A stretch of 64,000 nucleotides of DNA from Lingula anatina. Lineage: Eukaryota; Animalia; Brachiopoda. Position 1 is the first letter of the stretch. Each line of letters opens with the position of its first letter. Both the position numbers and the translations under genes were made by a program. This document shows positions 39,201-52,000 of this stretch, one piece after another. The DNA lies in assembly GCA_051362555.1 (NCBI GenBank), contig CM120649.1:14694001-14758000 (forward strand), read 5' to 3'. The notes under the pieces are model-generated. The model made no database searches, had not been told where the DNA came from, and saw only the letters and a program-made list of their open reading frames with translations.

Positions 39201-42200
39201 TAATTATTCAATGCTTTGCTTTTTGCTGCTTTGATAGATTTTCGATCTCGGAGAAACCGCTTTCATTCTCATTGTCTTAGAAAATAGATTACGCTTAAAT
39301 CCTACGTGCAGCATTAGATATTTATATCGAGTGTATGCCTTTGTTGTAATCTTTTACAAATAGTAACTTTTTTGTAGCTAACTAACTTACAAAAACTTAC
39401 AAATTAATCTTGCTATAAAACATGTACAAATACTTCTATTCACTTCCATTATCATTATTTGAAATACGCGTTTGTACTTCGAATGAATTTTCAGCAAGTA
39501 AATGAAATATTTATGAACATCTTCGTCACATTGAAGCCGTCTTTTATTCAGAGCCCAAACCAAGTTTTTTGGCCTACGAATGGCTTAAAGAGTGGCTCGG
39601 AGATGGTTTGCTGATTAGTAAGGGAAAGAAATGGGCCCGGAATCGAAAACTACTGACCCCAGCGTTCCACTTTGACATACTGAGGCCTTATATTCAGGTT
39701 TACAATGAAGGTGCTGACAAACTGTTGGTGAGTGGTATTAACTCAATTACCAAAACCCGAGTTGCCAACTCTAAACGTTCACGTGTATTCTAGTATTAAA
39801 ATTATTTAGGGCATAATAAACCTAGAGATCTTTATCTGTTATTAGCATAAGACGATAAGCAATAGATCTACGAATTTTGAGTATTGTCATGTTGGCGACA
39901 TTTAAGTTTTTAATGACTAGACCTTGTCGCAGAAAGTTTATGGCGAATGCAAGTTGATAGCGTGGATGTCCTAATGAATGACTATTCATAAAATCACCCA
40001 TGCTAAACATGACTGGATTTATCCCGTTATTTTTGCAGCATAAAATGTCACAATGCGCAGAGACCGGAGAGCGTTTGGAGTTGTTCAGTAACATCAGTTT
40101 GGCAACGCTAGATATACTCCTGTGTTGCGCATTTTCTTATGAAAACGACATCCAAGAGAAAGGGTAAGAGTATACAAAAGCTTTCTTCCAGTAAGGGTTG
40201 GGTTTACTGGTTCTTTCAGCGTTTTGTTACACTTATATATATTTCCCTTTTTGTCGAAAAATTTTTCTACACTGTACCGGATATTTCTCTTGATATTCCG
40301 TGCACATTTTAACTGTGTCAACTGAAAGGTATTACAAAAGAAATGACGTCATCAACTAGATGACCTCTGGCAGAGATCGAGCAAAGCAAAGGGATACAAT
40401 ATGAAATGTCCACGTATGAAACTCTTCTCTGTTCTTGTTTCACCGTCTCAAAAATGTCTATATTTCAGGGAGAGTCACCCGTACGTCCACGCTGTCTCAG
40501 AGATGCAGGACGCCATGATGCACAGGGTTCTGTAAGTTGTGGTGTACACTTTCTCTGACACATTTGCTTAATTGGATAAGTTTTATTTAACAAGATCTAA
40601 TGTACTATTTTTGATTGTGTTAGTAATACAGGCGGTTCCACGTTCGAGTTGATGGGTGTAACGAGCATGGGGACTGAGAAATGGTGCTCTGCACAGTATT
40701 TGTCAGTCCGTATATTTAATAACATGTTTCAAAACTTGAGCTCTTGTACTTGTTATCATTCAACGGTCGATGAGAATTTAAAGCAGCTAGACTTCAATGA
40801 TTGGGCAATGTTTTCTGCCTCTGTCTAGCACCCCGTGGCTCCACCTAGAGTGGATATGGCGACTGAGCCCTACAGGGAGGAAGTTCAAGAAAAACTGCAA
40901 ATATGTTCACAGCGTATCTGAAGAGATCATCAGAAAGAGGCGAGAGACTTTGGTAAAATAGAATCTTGGATATTTTCCCTCCTTATATTTATATATTGCC
41001 GCAAATCTGTAAATTGGTTGTTTTTACCATGCAAATGACCTACCGTTTTAAATTTGAGGGATATTAAACTTAAGATGCTCTTGCAGAAACGATTTTTTCT
41101 TACTACAACCTACGAACAGTTTCTTGCAAACTGTTTACTTTGCGGCAAATTTGTAGCGAATTTCCTGCAAACTTTCAATCTTGATAAGGGAGCTTAGATT
41201 AAGGGACAACAAAGCAGCAAGGTTATTTAAAGGGATAATAACTCTTCGTTTTGGCCAAAAAATGAATTTTCCTGGAGTAAACAACAATTTTCCCATCTTT
41301 ACCAATGGTTAATGAATCCATTTTTACATTCAAAGTTAGTCCCTGTTTTTTTCTAAAAAGTTTGGTTTTTTGTTAAAATCTCTTAAGAAATTATAACAGA
41401 CTACAGCCATCAGTGGAGGTCACGTGATCTGAAGACAAGCTCCGATATCAGAATAATAGCTATAGCTGCTGTTTTTGTCGTCAAACAGAATATATTATAT
41501 TTCTATGAGTTATTCACAATATTTTATTGTGAAATATAGATCTCATACGAAGAGTTATCATCCCTTTAACACGTGAATCACACAAATAGCATACACTATG
41601 CTTTCAGAAGCAGGAGAAAGGCAGCAACAAAAAGCGAGCACGCTATCTTGACTTTTTGGACATTTTATTAACTGCTCGAGATTCTGACGGTCAAGGGTTG
41701 ACTGATGAAGAAATACGAGATGAAGCTGACACATTTTTATTTGAAGGTAGGCGTAATAAACGTGTTATAGCAGAGAGAGGGAGAGAGAGAGCGTGCAAAT
41801 TATACTTTTGGGCAATTGCAAAGAATTATTGGTTCCATGCTCGCATCAATGCCTCAGAAAAAGGTCATTGCTCGGCTTTTGAATATGTGTATGAATAATG
41901 ACCAATCGTTATCTTTAAAAATTCCGAAACCTACATTTCCATAAGGTTGAGAGAAATTCGGGATAAACGTTGAATTTTTTTTAATTTCAAAACTCTACTC
42001 CATTTGTTAATTCAGTTAAATCTGCATTTGTCAGTGCGAACGCCAACGTAACACTTTACTCCATAAACAGTCAGAACCCTCTTACAGGCCATGACACCAC
42101 GGCCAGCAGTATCTCCTGGAACCTGTACTCTCTGGCAGAACATCCCGAGGTTCAACAGCGAGCTCAGGCGGAGATAGACGCCCTGCTAGATGGAAGGGAG

Positions 42201-42818
42201 GACCAAACCGTTACCTGGTAAGATACTCGCTGTACATTTTTAGCGGCAAAGCCATTGAAATATGCTTTAAAGTCGAAATTTTCTCGGCAGTTATGAAAAG
42301 TTTGTACTTTGGCAATTAAAAGAAAGATGTTGACATTTTTTGGATTATTATTATAATTATTTTGATGTTTTCAAAAGGTCTAACGCTTGAATTAAGACAT
42401 CTTTATCGTAGAAATTGGGGATTGACGCAACGTTGCAATAATGCTATAATGGGGGAATGTTGTCAGGCAAATTAGTTCAGTTGAATAGTTTTACATATTA
42501 ATCTATTTATGCAGGGACGATATCCACAATTTACCGTACTTGACGATGTGTATAAAAGAGGGGATGCGGCTCCATGCGCCAGTGCCATTTGTACAGAGAG
42601 AGCTCAGTAAGGATATGGAAATAGATGGGGTGACACTGCCTCGTGGTCTTCTCTTAGACCTACATTTGTATACATTACATCATAACCCCACAATATGGGA
42701 TAATGATATGGTAAGTGAGCTGGGAAAGCCACTTGTCAATGACGTCATGAAAGCAAATTGTATCGATGTTTATAAAATTTACTTTGAACTGAACCGTTTT
42801 TTATAATATGTTTGTATC

Positions 42819-42849
<31 letters not shown>

Positions 42850-44064
42850 TTAGTGATATATTTTTTGGAATGCGTTGCAGAAAATTCGTTACACAATGCT
42901 TATTCGTTACTAAACTAAATAGACAAATAGAAAAAATGTTAATAACATTAAATCTAGTCGGTTAAGTTTTGGGCTACAAAAGGAATGAAAACGATTTTCT
43001 TAAATATTCTCATGCACGCAGTTATTCCTAATTGCATAAGTCGCATAAGATTTTGTATTTCTTCTGGCTTGATGTAAAACCTAATTGTGTCTGTAATACT
43101 CTTTACAGAGAGTTCTTCTTTTGGGTCAATCGTTACGTAACTCTGGAGTAGGTCATAATTATTTAATTTAAAAGAAAATCCCGTTCCATTATTTCACAGG
43201 AGTACAGACCAGAAAGGTTTTCACCAGAGAATATAGAAAAGATGGATCCGTTCGCCTACTTACCATTTTCTGCCGGACCAAGGTACTATTAGAAGTATAG
43301 ATTCTGTACCTATAGTTCCTAAAGAATTTTGCTTTAATCCGTTCAAGTGTGAGAAATCATACGGTTTTTGCATGTCTGTGAGTATGCCGTATAGTTATAG
43401 TTGGAGGTATGTATAATTGGTGAATATATTTATATTTGGTTTTCCTTTATTTTCTTTATTTATTACCTTTGTATATTATGACAAACGTGTTTTAACAGTC
43501 AAGTCAGTCCAAGTTTTTGTTAGTGATTGATGCTTTTGAGATGGTTGAGATTGTATGTGATGAAATTATCTCTTTTCAGAAATTGTATCGGACAAAATTT
43601 CGCCATGCACGAGCAGAAGGTTGTCATAGCTAGGATATTACACAGGTATGGGGACGTTCCGTTAACAACTTTCTTTAACTTTTTGTTTTATGTTATAAGT
43701 CTCGTATTTTGTCATAGCCAGAGTTTAGCAAAATACATGGATCGTGTCTCTGTTGTTATCGGTAGACTCATTTGCTTTTTTGCTAATAATAATAATAATA
43801 ATAATTATTATTATTATTATTATTCATTTGAAACTACAATTTCAAGGAAGATTTTTTGTTTAAAGTTTTTAGGGGACAGCGAGTCGCCTTTGATCTCCTC
43901 TCCAGTTACTCTCATTAAACATTCCCGTTATGATTATAAAATTTTTCTGTTGGCCCGTTCTTAGGTTCACCCTGTCCACAGATCCAACCCACACCCCGAG
44001 GAAGAAGATAAGCTTGGTGATGAAGGCAGAGGACGGCATCTACATCAAACTTACGCCAAGATAG
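33201..44064 (+). CDS. Cytochrome P450, CYP4 family (CYP4F-like); exons 33201-33368, [one of four exon-2 variants], 39552-39727, 40039-40163, 40469-40531, 40829-40952, 41608-41746, 42088-42217, 42515-42710, 43200-43282, 43580-43645, 43965-44064
   Basis: N-terminal anchor, [40 protein letters not shown]4 I-helix [16 protein letters not shown]-helix EGMR, PERF, and heme motif [15 protein letters not shown]. All junctions are GT-AG and in phase. Confidence 0.95.
33763..34345. mobile_element. Possible solo LTR in CYP4 intron 1
   Basis: 583-bp GC-richer block bounded by TGTCAC...GTGACA, with internal TATA-like and ATTAAA motifs; no matching TSD seen. Confidence 0.3.
34746..34887 (+). CDS. CYP4 alternative exon 2A ([47 protein letters not shown])
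   Basis: tttag acceptor, 142 nt, open, phase 0 to phase 1, donor GTCTGA. Confidence 0.8.
35600..35747 (+). CDS. CYP4 alternative exon 2B ([49 protein letters not shown])
   Basis: gacag acceptor, 148 nt, open, phase 0 to phase 1, donor GTTAAG; missed by the ORF track. Confidence 0.85.
36239..36500. mobile_element. Fold-back MITE, family D (PIF/Harbinger-like)
   Basis: Termini gggcgcgttcccaat / attgggaacaaagccc, TAA on both flanks, long imperfect inverted arms. Confidence 0.75.
36610..36751 (+). CDS. CYP4 alternative exon 2C ([47 protein letters not shown])
   Basis: ccacag acceptor, 142 nt, open, phase 0 to phase 1, donor GTTTTT. Confidence 0.82.
36856..37307. mobile_element. Kolobok-like non-autonomous element
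   Basis: TIR ggggttcgatacg / cgtgtcgaacccc; TTAA on the left flank and TTCA on the right. Confidence 0.6.
37922..38063 (+). CDS. CYP4 alternative exon 2D ([47 protein letters not shown])
   Basis: ttacag acceptor, 142 nt, open, phase 0 to phase 1, donor GTTTAA. Confidence 0.82.
38821..38960 (-). mobile_element. Diverged fragment of the family C Kolobok-like element
   Basis: agggataacgactcttcatatgagattcat...catagaaatataata...cacgtgacctcca aligns with the reverse complement of 41410-41565. Confidence 0.6.
41231..41565. mobile_element. Kolobok-like MITE, family C
   Basis: TIR agggataataactcttcg / cgaagagttatcatccct with TTAA on both sides; the left ~155 bp recurs almost identically at 21211-21366. 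Confidence 0.8.
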
Positions 44065-45848
44065 ACTGCTGGTTTATTTTCAATAATGATTTGATACAGT
44101 ATTTTTTTACTGCTCATATACATACTAGCACTTATTCAAATCCGTTTAAAACCCAACAAGTCACAAGATACGAGAACTGAAATGACCATAGTGCAAGCCA
44201 GATGTGCATTTTTTTTCTGAAGAGGAGACATAATTAAAGTAACAAAAATAATTTTATTGGTAACCTCAAAGAAACAGTTTGCAAATAGTTTATTAGCGGT
44301 TATAGCATTACAAGTTAGAGTCGTCCTTAATAAAAAAAAGACTGCGTACTGTATTTTAGTAGAGATTAACTCACCTACACATGTAAAAATTTTAAAATAT
44401 CTAACTGTATGATAAATTATCATTTTTAGAGAATAGGGTGTGTGTGTGTGTGTGTGTGCGTGAGTGTATGGAGAGAGAGAGATTTTCCGACCAAGGTCAA
44501 TCTTGTTATTTTCAAATGTTGGAAGTGGTAAAGGAGAGAAAAAATTCCCAGTTTTGTTTACAATGTTGAATAAACTTATACATATTTACGATATACATTT
44601 CACTATTTTTGTCATGTATTTCAAAGTTGTGGTTATTTAGGATTGTGTTATCGTGGGCTAATTCTCTATTTTTTCTTTTATTTTTCTATTTATTTTGATT
44701 ATTTTTAAATTGTTCAATTTTTAGTAATTTATATAATTTATTTATTTGTATGTTTTGAAATTGCAACCTGCCAATTTCGTTATTGTCATCATAGCAAGTA
44801 TTCTTGAGTCCTGTCAACGACCCCCCCCCCCCCAAAAAAAAAAAAAAAAAAAACCCAATATTGCATTAACCGACACCCAGTCACCGCTACCACATTTCCA
44901 TTCAAACTGCAACACAATGTTATCACCCGTGGCCAAACAAACCCAATAAGCCAGCCCACCGCAGTATTAATAATTCAATCCCAACCATTGTGCTGAAGAA
45001 AAATCGATATATTCATTATATTCATACATTTCAACGGCCCGTGAATCGACTTAAGGCTACGCGTTTTGTTTACCTGTCGCAGTTTAACAATGGGCGGTAT
45101 GCCACTTATTTAAAGCTCCAAGGGCTGCGGTTATAAAACTACGCAATAGAAAACTAACGACAAATCGGGTCACGTAGTTTGTGAAGCAGCATCGGAGATT
45201 TTAAATGTTGTGGCCGCGTCTTATCAATTTGATGCTGGTAAAATAAACAGCACAACAAGGAGACGGAATTCAGGGTGAAGTTGAGTGTATCGGAACTGGT
45301 TGGTTTCGTAGCCTTTATTCACGGTACTCCCAGACACGTCAGGTCTGCAACTGAAAAAAAAAGTTATAGTTAATAAACAAGCACCTGAGGATTGCAGGTA
45401 CGAGTACATGTATCTTTAAGAGTCGGTCGTTAAAACTGCTGAACAACTACAGACCGGTATTCATCCAACCTATAGGTTATCAATGTCAAGCATTTCAAGT
45501 ACATAGAAGAGCCATCAACGACTTGTGTCAGCGAGACGCGGGCATGTGGGACTATATAACAGCTGTTACTACCAATACCTGATAAACCCAGTGGATTGTT
45601 AATATATATATGCCCCAGTAATTGGAAAGGAATCTCATCGCATGAAAGCAATAATATACTTATGAATCCTGAATATGTAATCCAAGCGTCTTCTGTCTTA
45701 TGAATATCGAAATACATCTTAAAGCCTGATCGCTGACAACAACAGGTGGGTTATAAAACGCCACTAGAAACTATGTAACCAGCGACCGTTGTCATTTGAA
45801 TTGGAACAGAAACAAATTGTGTGCTTAGCCAAAGATCTTCAGGACACC

Positions 45849-46614
45849 ATGGTGATGGACACGTGTCTGGGATGCCTGAACCTTCGCCAGGGCACCATCG
45901 CATCAGGGGTGTGGTCGTCGGTAAGTACCCTGAGTGTCATATATTTAGTGTGATAGGGATGATAATGACAATGATGACGAGACAAGCTTTATTCGTAACA
46001 TGAAAGTCGGGGCTTAGCGCTGACACTGAAGGTGTATTAGAAGAATCGTTCATTATAAATATCCAAAGGATTCACATATCTGAGACACGATAGTGAAAAA
46101 ATAGTGCATCTATATATTCTCCCCTGGTATTCTTAGCCTGTCAGTGTGATTATGGGTTTCATATCAGTCGACGTGTTTTGTTTTATAGTTCTATAGAGGA
46201 TAGAGCTTGTTTCTATATGTAGTACCACAATGTACAAGCCAATAGACAGGGTTAAGTCAAAATCGGAGTCACCTTGCGATTTTTCGCTCAATACATGTAC
46301 TTATACAAGTGTTAAGAAGATAAGTGGCCATTAATTGCTCTCTCCGTACCTAGAAGCCTTGATACCTAATTCAACATTTGTCTAGGGAAATATTTACTGA
46401 CTGCATAATAGATAACACAGTAAGACGTTAGGTCACATATCACAGTGGCACGCGTACTGTGTGTTTAAGACATGCAGGTTTCGTGTATAAAGCAGATATT
46501 AAAGCGTGTCACCTGCTCATAGAGGGAAAATTAATAAGCCGTATCCATACTCGAGGATGTGGAAACGCTCAGACGTAAATAGTGACAAATGCAGTGTACA
46601 GGGTCAGTGTATGG

Positions 46615-46661
<47 letters not shown>

Positions 46662-47172
46662 GGGGGGGGGGAGATGTGGAGAGAGAGAGAGAAAAAACAT
46701 TTGAAAAATATATATGGTTTGTTCATGGCTTCATCAACAAAAAAACAACAATTTCATAAATCAGGATATGAATGGCGTGATTCAATGATATATAGGGGAT
46801 AACGTCACTTTCTACCCGGATACTACTTTCGAAATGAATACTTGTTACATGTATAATGAGGACAGTATAATGAAGACTGCACGAGAAAAATGACGAGGAA
46901 AATGTTGCATTAATTTAGTGCCCTATTTATATTATATTATATTATATTATATTATATTATATTATATTATATTATATTATATTATATTATATTATATTAT
47001 ATTATATTATATTTGCAGATATGGAGTTGTGTGATGATAGGGATTGATGCGTTTAATTTATGGGGTAGGTAAACAGACATTTAATTCACTCTGATTTTTA
47101 GCCATTTGATTCGTTAAATATACTAAATTGAGACTGTTGTTCGCATTATGAAATACACGTACTTAAATGTAT

Positions 47173-47220
<48 letters not shown>

Positions 47221-49529
47221 ACCATAGTTATTGCATGCCAGACATACAGACACCCTGAAAATCTAGTTGAAATTCCCACTTACAGAATACACGAGCCATC
47301 TGGCCTACTACCTGAGAGGATACACAGTCTCCAATCACTACGCCCCACTGACAGGGTACCTCACCTGTATCATAGTCCTGGCTGTGATATGGCTTCTCAC
47401 CTCCGGCATACTCTTCTTTGGCGTTTGTATGGTAAGGAAACGTTTTTTTTTTAATGTATATGTTAGAATACCCGGTATATAAGAAATGTTAAAATGGAAT
47501 AGAGTATTTACATGTTTATAGTTCTGTCAAAGTTAAAGTTTTATGATTGTCGCTATGCATAATGCGTCTGCTATGCTTATTACTATGTTTCCATTGCTCA
47601 ATGTCAAAAACAATATTGCTCATGATATATAAAATGCTTCCTACAAATTACTTGAAAACGCATTATTTATTCATTACATTTTGATCAGAATATTTTAATT
47701 TTTTTCCAAAAAGAAAAACAAGAACCCTTGGCTGTTTCTTCCATGGGTTATTACGACTGTGATCATCTCATTGGCCTACATCGGCGACTGCATCATGTAT
47801 TTCATGTACGGTAAGTAATTCCTATAATGAAACACGTCAAAAATTGTATATCTGGTTAATCCATCCGTTCATTTCTTATTTCTGTTAATTTGTTATTACT
47901 AAAGAAAGCTATCAGGAAATTCAATGCATCTTTCGTTAATATATATATATATGGTGTCTGAATATTATTTGCATAAATGAGGATGTGAAAAGTGAAGATC
48001 ATATTCATGTGTTGCTATAGTCCTATATTTATGGCATGGCTTCGTTGTATATTGAACAACTTCTATTACTGTGATTGTGATATGAAATATCATAACTCCA
48101 TTTTTTTCGATGTGCTTGGTATGGCAAATAATAATATTAATAATCCCATATTAAAAATCTCAAATGCGTTTCTTTTCAGTGAGCGTCATATGGGGAATAA
48201 TAACAATCTGCATTTTCCTCGTGCTAATATCGTCAAACGTAAGTGAAAATTTTCTTCACTACCGAATGTCGTCGTCTTGTAAACCTCCCTGTTGTACCGT
48301 CTACCACCATTAAAATTTTTAGAAAAAAAGTCGACTGTCATAATTTTGTCAGATTTTTCCCAGCTATGAGGTAATCGTTATTAAGAAATCTTTTTCTGTT
48401 ACCCCAGAGGGAAAAATAAAACTTGTTTTCCTAAAACGTCCCAATTTTGAAAAGCACCCAGGGAACGTCCGTATAATATTATTGGACACGAAAAGAACTG
48501 CAATCGAACAATTCAAATTAAATATCTTTTACAACGACGTGCCATAAAAATGTGGCTCATTCTGTTAAAATAGGCAGCAATGCAAGTAAGAACTAATCTT
48601 ACCACCAAAGTCATATGAAGTGATTAATTATATATACCAGGACTATAATGTTGTCTGAATTTCAATCTCTGTGTAATCATTTTATATTTATAAATTATCA
48701 TTCGTAGTTATAGAATATATGGCTAGGTTATAGTTGTTGTACAAATGTACTTTCACCTTATTAGATAATTAATAAATAATAAGTATTCTATAGCACAATT
48801 GAGCTTCACCAAACCCACAAGACGACAACCCCGATAGTCTAAACAATCAATCCAATTGCCGTGAAATCAAAGGTCAATCAATTATTTAGCAAATATGTAT
48901 GTATTTATTTTCAGATCTATGCATTACTGTGCGTGGGGTTTTACTTTAAGTTACTCAGGAAGGGAAAGGATGCACCCCACGAACGCTCTCGATCTCGAAA
49001 GGTAAATCATACCGCTGATGCCAATGAAACCCTTTGGACCAAATTGGTCAAAACGAAAATCTTCAAAAAGTCACTCTGTGTTTCAAGTACCCCCTACCAG
49101 GATAACTGGGGTTTGTTTAGCTTAACTTTCAAGGATATATATCTAGCTAATTCTCTGCAAGGCTCTAAACTGTTCTAACCTTTTAACAGAAACGACGTTT
49201 CAGGAGTCACTTGTAATGCGTCTCAGTTTTTAGAATGTCTCACGGCAATTTCTTAAACATCAACCAACATCACTGCTGTGTATGCCATTCTCTTATAGCC
49301 TTAAAACGCCGTGCATTTTCTTTCTATATTCTTATAGTCTCACGCACGTGAGGGAAGCCAAAAGAAGGGGACCTCAAACAAGGGCTACGAGTACCCTCTC
49401 GGGGAACGCCCCACGCCAGAGTATCCAAAACACGGGTTCCGTGGTCAGAGGTATGCCTCAAGGAGTTCGGAGCATGATCAGAACCAAATGCCACCGCCGT
49501 ACGAAGAACACTCTGGTGACCGCGTGTGA
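45849..49529 (+). CDS. Four-transmembrane protein, LAPTM4/DUF4728-like; exons 45849-45920, 47019-47064, 47286-47431, 47714-47810, 48180-48238, 48915-49001, 49338-49529
   Basis: Spliced ORF: MVMDTCLGCLNLRQGTIASGVWSSIWSCVMIG...LLTSGILFFGVCMKNKNPWLFLPWVI...IYALLCVGFYFKLLR...QMPPPYEEHSGDRV*. It has a CxxCxxLRxGT start, an LxLPW motif, four hydrophobic spans and a PPxY motif; phases are consistent. Confidence 0.75.
46928..47013. repeat. (ATATT)n pentanucleotide microsatellite
   Basis: Read directly; abuts the 3' splice site at 47018. Confidence 0.95.
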
Positions 49530-50099
49530 TGTGAATACTTGACTACATGAGGCCATTTGTCTCAGACGTAGGGCATACAATGCATTATAGAAAGAAATTT
49601 TGGTTTTATCATTGTTTTACTCATCTTTTGGTGGAAGAAAACAACGTACTGTCTGAGTTTGAAGATTCAAGGATTCCACTATTTGAATTGCATGTGTTTA
49701 AATGCATCAGGCAATACCGCCATTACTTTAAACAGTTGACCTTTAGGTTCTAATGACGAAGGCAAAAGGTAAATCTTCCAATCTCTGAAAGGGTGAATTT
49801 TGGAGTAAATACGCCTTCCTTTTTCGAGAAGGAAGAAGCTGGAGATAGATTTTAAAGAGGGTCGAGTCTCTCCTGCCCTTGAACAACGTTTAAGTGATAT
49901 AATTCGGTTTGCAATGGAGCAGTTCGGATTCCCATTTTCTAAAGACGCCTTCCTTATGACTATGAATATAATATTTATTTATAATTATATTTTTATAAAC
50001 TTTAAAAGTTTCGAGTGGGACAAATAACCATCTTGTGGTATACCAGACGAAAAACCACCCGAACGTGGAAAGTGTCAAACATGTAGTATTAGCACTCAG

Positions 50100-50621
50100 C
50101 GAGATTTGAGAAAATTCTTTCATATTTTAAAACCTTTTTTATATCATTCTTTGAGCCTTTTGTACATTATTTGCTAGATGCTAAGTAGCATACATGTAAT
50201 GTTTAGGATGCATCCCAAGCAAAATTTCGTATGTACCTTGGAAACTTCCGTTGAATTTCTAGTAATAATACATTGATTATTTAAAGAATCTCGTTTTTTT
50301 TCGTGGCACATGCAAGCAGATGCAAAGATTCCAACTTTTGTAATTGAAGTGCCTTGGTCGATGTCGATCTTTTAAACTATATTTGTGGATATATAATTTA
50401 TGTAGATATCAAATGTACAAAAAATTATCACATGAGTTGTTGCTTATTTATTTATTGACACTGCGTAGAAAAGTGATTGTTTAGTTTATGCTGTTTATTT
50501 GTGATATAAATCTATCTTTTAATAAAGATCAATTTCCCTTATTTTATTTTTACGAAACTGAGCTTTATATAAACATTTAAATGACGTATTGACCATAACA
50601 AATTCATTTATCGGCCCTCAA
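50100..50621 (+). repeat. Copy 1 of a ~0.5-kb direct duplication (3' flank/UTR of the LAPTM4-like gene)
   Basis: Colinear similarity to 54060-54548, e.g. acattatttgcta...ctaagtagcatacatgtaatg...gtgccttggtcgatgtcgat...ttcatttatcggcc. Confidence 0.88.
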
Positions 50622-51631
50622 CAACTCAAAAATCTAGTAAGAATATAGAAATAAAAAAATTAATTTCTACATTTTTCTCAACATACATGTACATTATGCA
50701 CTGTGTCAAAGAATTGTGTCGTTTTGCTACTCTGGTTTGAATCTTAACTCCGCATACATTTGCACGCATAAAAATGTGTGTTCCGTTCCAGTTTGAGGTC
50801 GGTAACATGAGCATTTTCCCATGTAGACTCAGGTATACATAGCACACAAAAGGTTGACAGACGATTTGATCAAGAAATAGATAAAGTTGAAATTGTGACA
50901 CACGCACACAAAATGTTTGTATTGCTGTATACCACCATGTAATGAAGACAAATCAATCCCGGCTTTTGCCTTTTCATATTGGCGTTTATATTATGACAAG
51001 TTAATTGGCCTTCAACTATCCAATGGTCAAATAAGGAACTGCCCCACAAAGTTTTAAAACTTTCCGAATCAGTGGAATCAGTTCTCGCTGGGGTAGGAAT
51101 GGAGACATGAAATTTAGATGAACTCCCATGGTCGAACAATTTACGACTGATCTATCCTTGAATTTTTTTAAAAAGAATATTAAAAATAATTATTTAAACT
51201 TCTATGCACTCTCTCGAGATAAACGAATATTCTTAATGCAGGATAAATCAATTAAGTCAGAGACGTTTTCAGAAAATGTGCAAATTTTTTTCTTGCGTTT
51301 TGACATCAGCGAATATCTTCTCTCTCTTTTTCTCTCTCTTTTCTCCAAGAGTTTGAACAAACATTTAATCATTTTTATTTCATTTTATTTCAATCCGACT
51401 CTGCATGTTAAGATAACTACACTTTCTCAGGAAATGTGGACTTAATCATACTGAATAGGTTTTGCACCAAAATGTATCGAGTTTTGGCATTAGTAACCGT
51501 TAAATTGTAAACCGTTTATACTTCGTTAGCTGTCGAAATTCGTGATAACGTAAATGCAATAATGTTCTACAGAACAATTTAATAGGGTCAAATACTTTGG
51601 GGAAAAGCACGTTTGTTTCGACAAGGTTGAC

Positions 51632-51801
51632 CAGGCCCGTAGCCAGCAATTTCAAAAGGGGGGTTCTTTTTCTGAAAAAGTGGACCTTTTTCCATAAAAA
51701 CTTTATGAACCTATATCAAATTTTACCCAGAGTGGATCTTTTTCCACCAAAAGGGGCGGTTCTTTCGAACCCCCCGAACCCCCCCCCTGGCTACGGGCCT
51801 G
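51632..51801. mobile_element. Short TIR element, family E
   Basis: 15-bp TIR caggcccgtagccag / ctggctacgggcctg with a 5-bp TSD TTGAC. Confidence 0.85.
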
Positions 51802-52000
51802 TTGACGTTGGGGTAAAGTAGGCGATGATAATAATCTTTTCTACCTATATATCTTGATGCAAATGCTTAACCTTGATTAAATAGTGACAGAAAACAACTT
51901 GACAAGATTAAAGATAAAACCGAAGAATTCGAATTCCAATCATCAGGATATTGTTAGCGCGCATTAATTGGTAAAGAGCCCTTGGCCAATGGCACGTTTT

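Noticed and set aside
34921-39535. CAATG-containing motifs after exons 2A-2C complementary to ACATTGAA upstream of exon 3, as selector/docking sites
   Set aside because: Only 5-8 nt of complementarity in AT-rich DNA and no clear match after 2D; expected by chance without conservation data.
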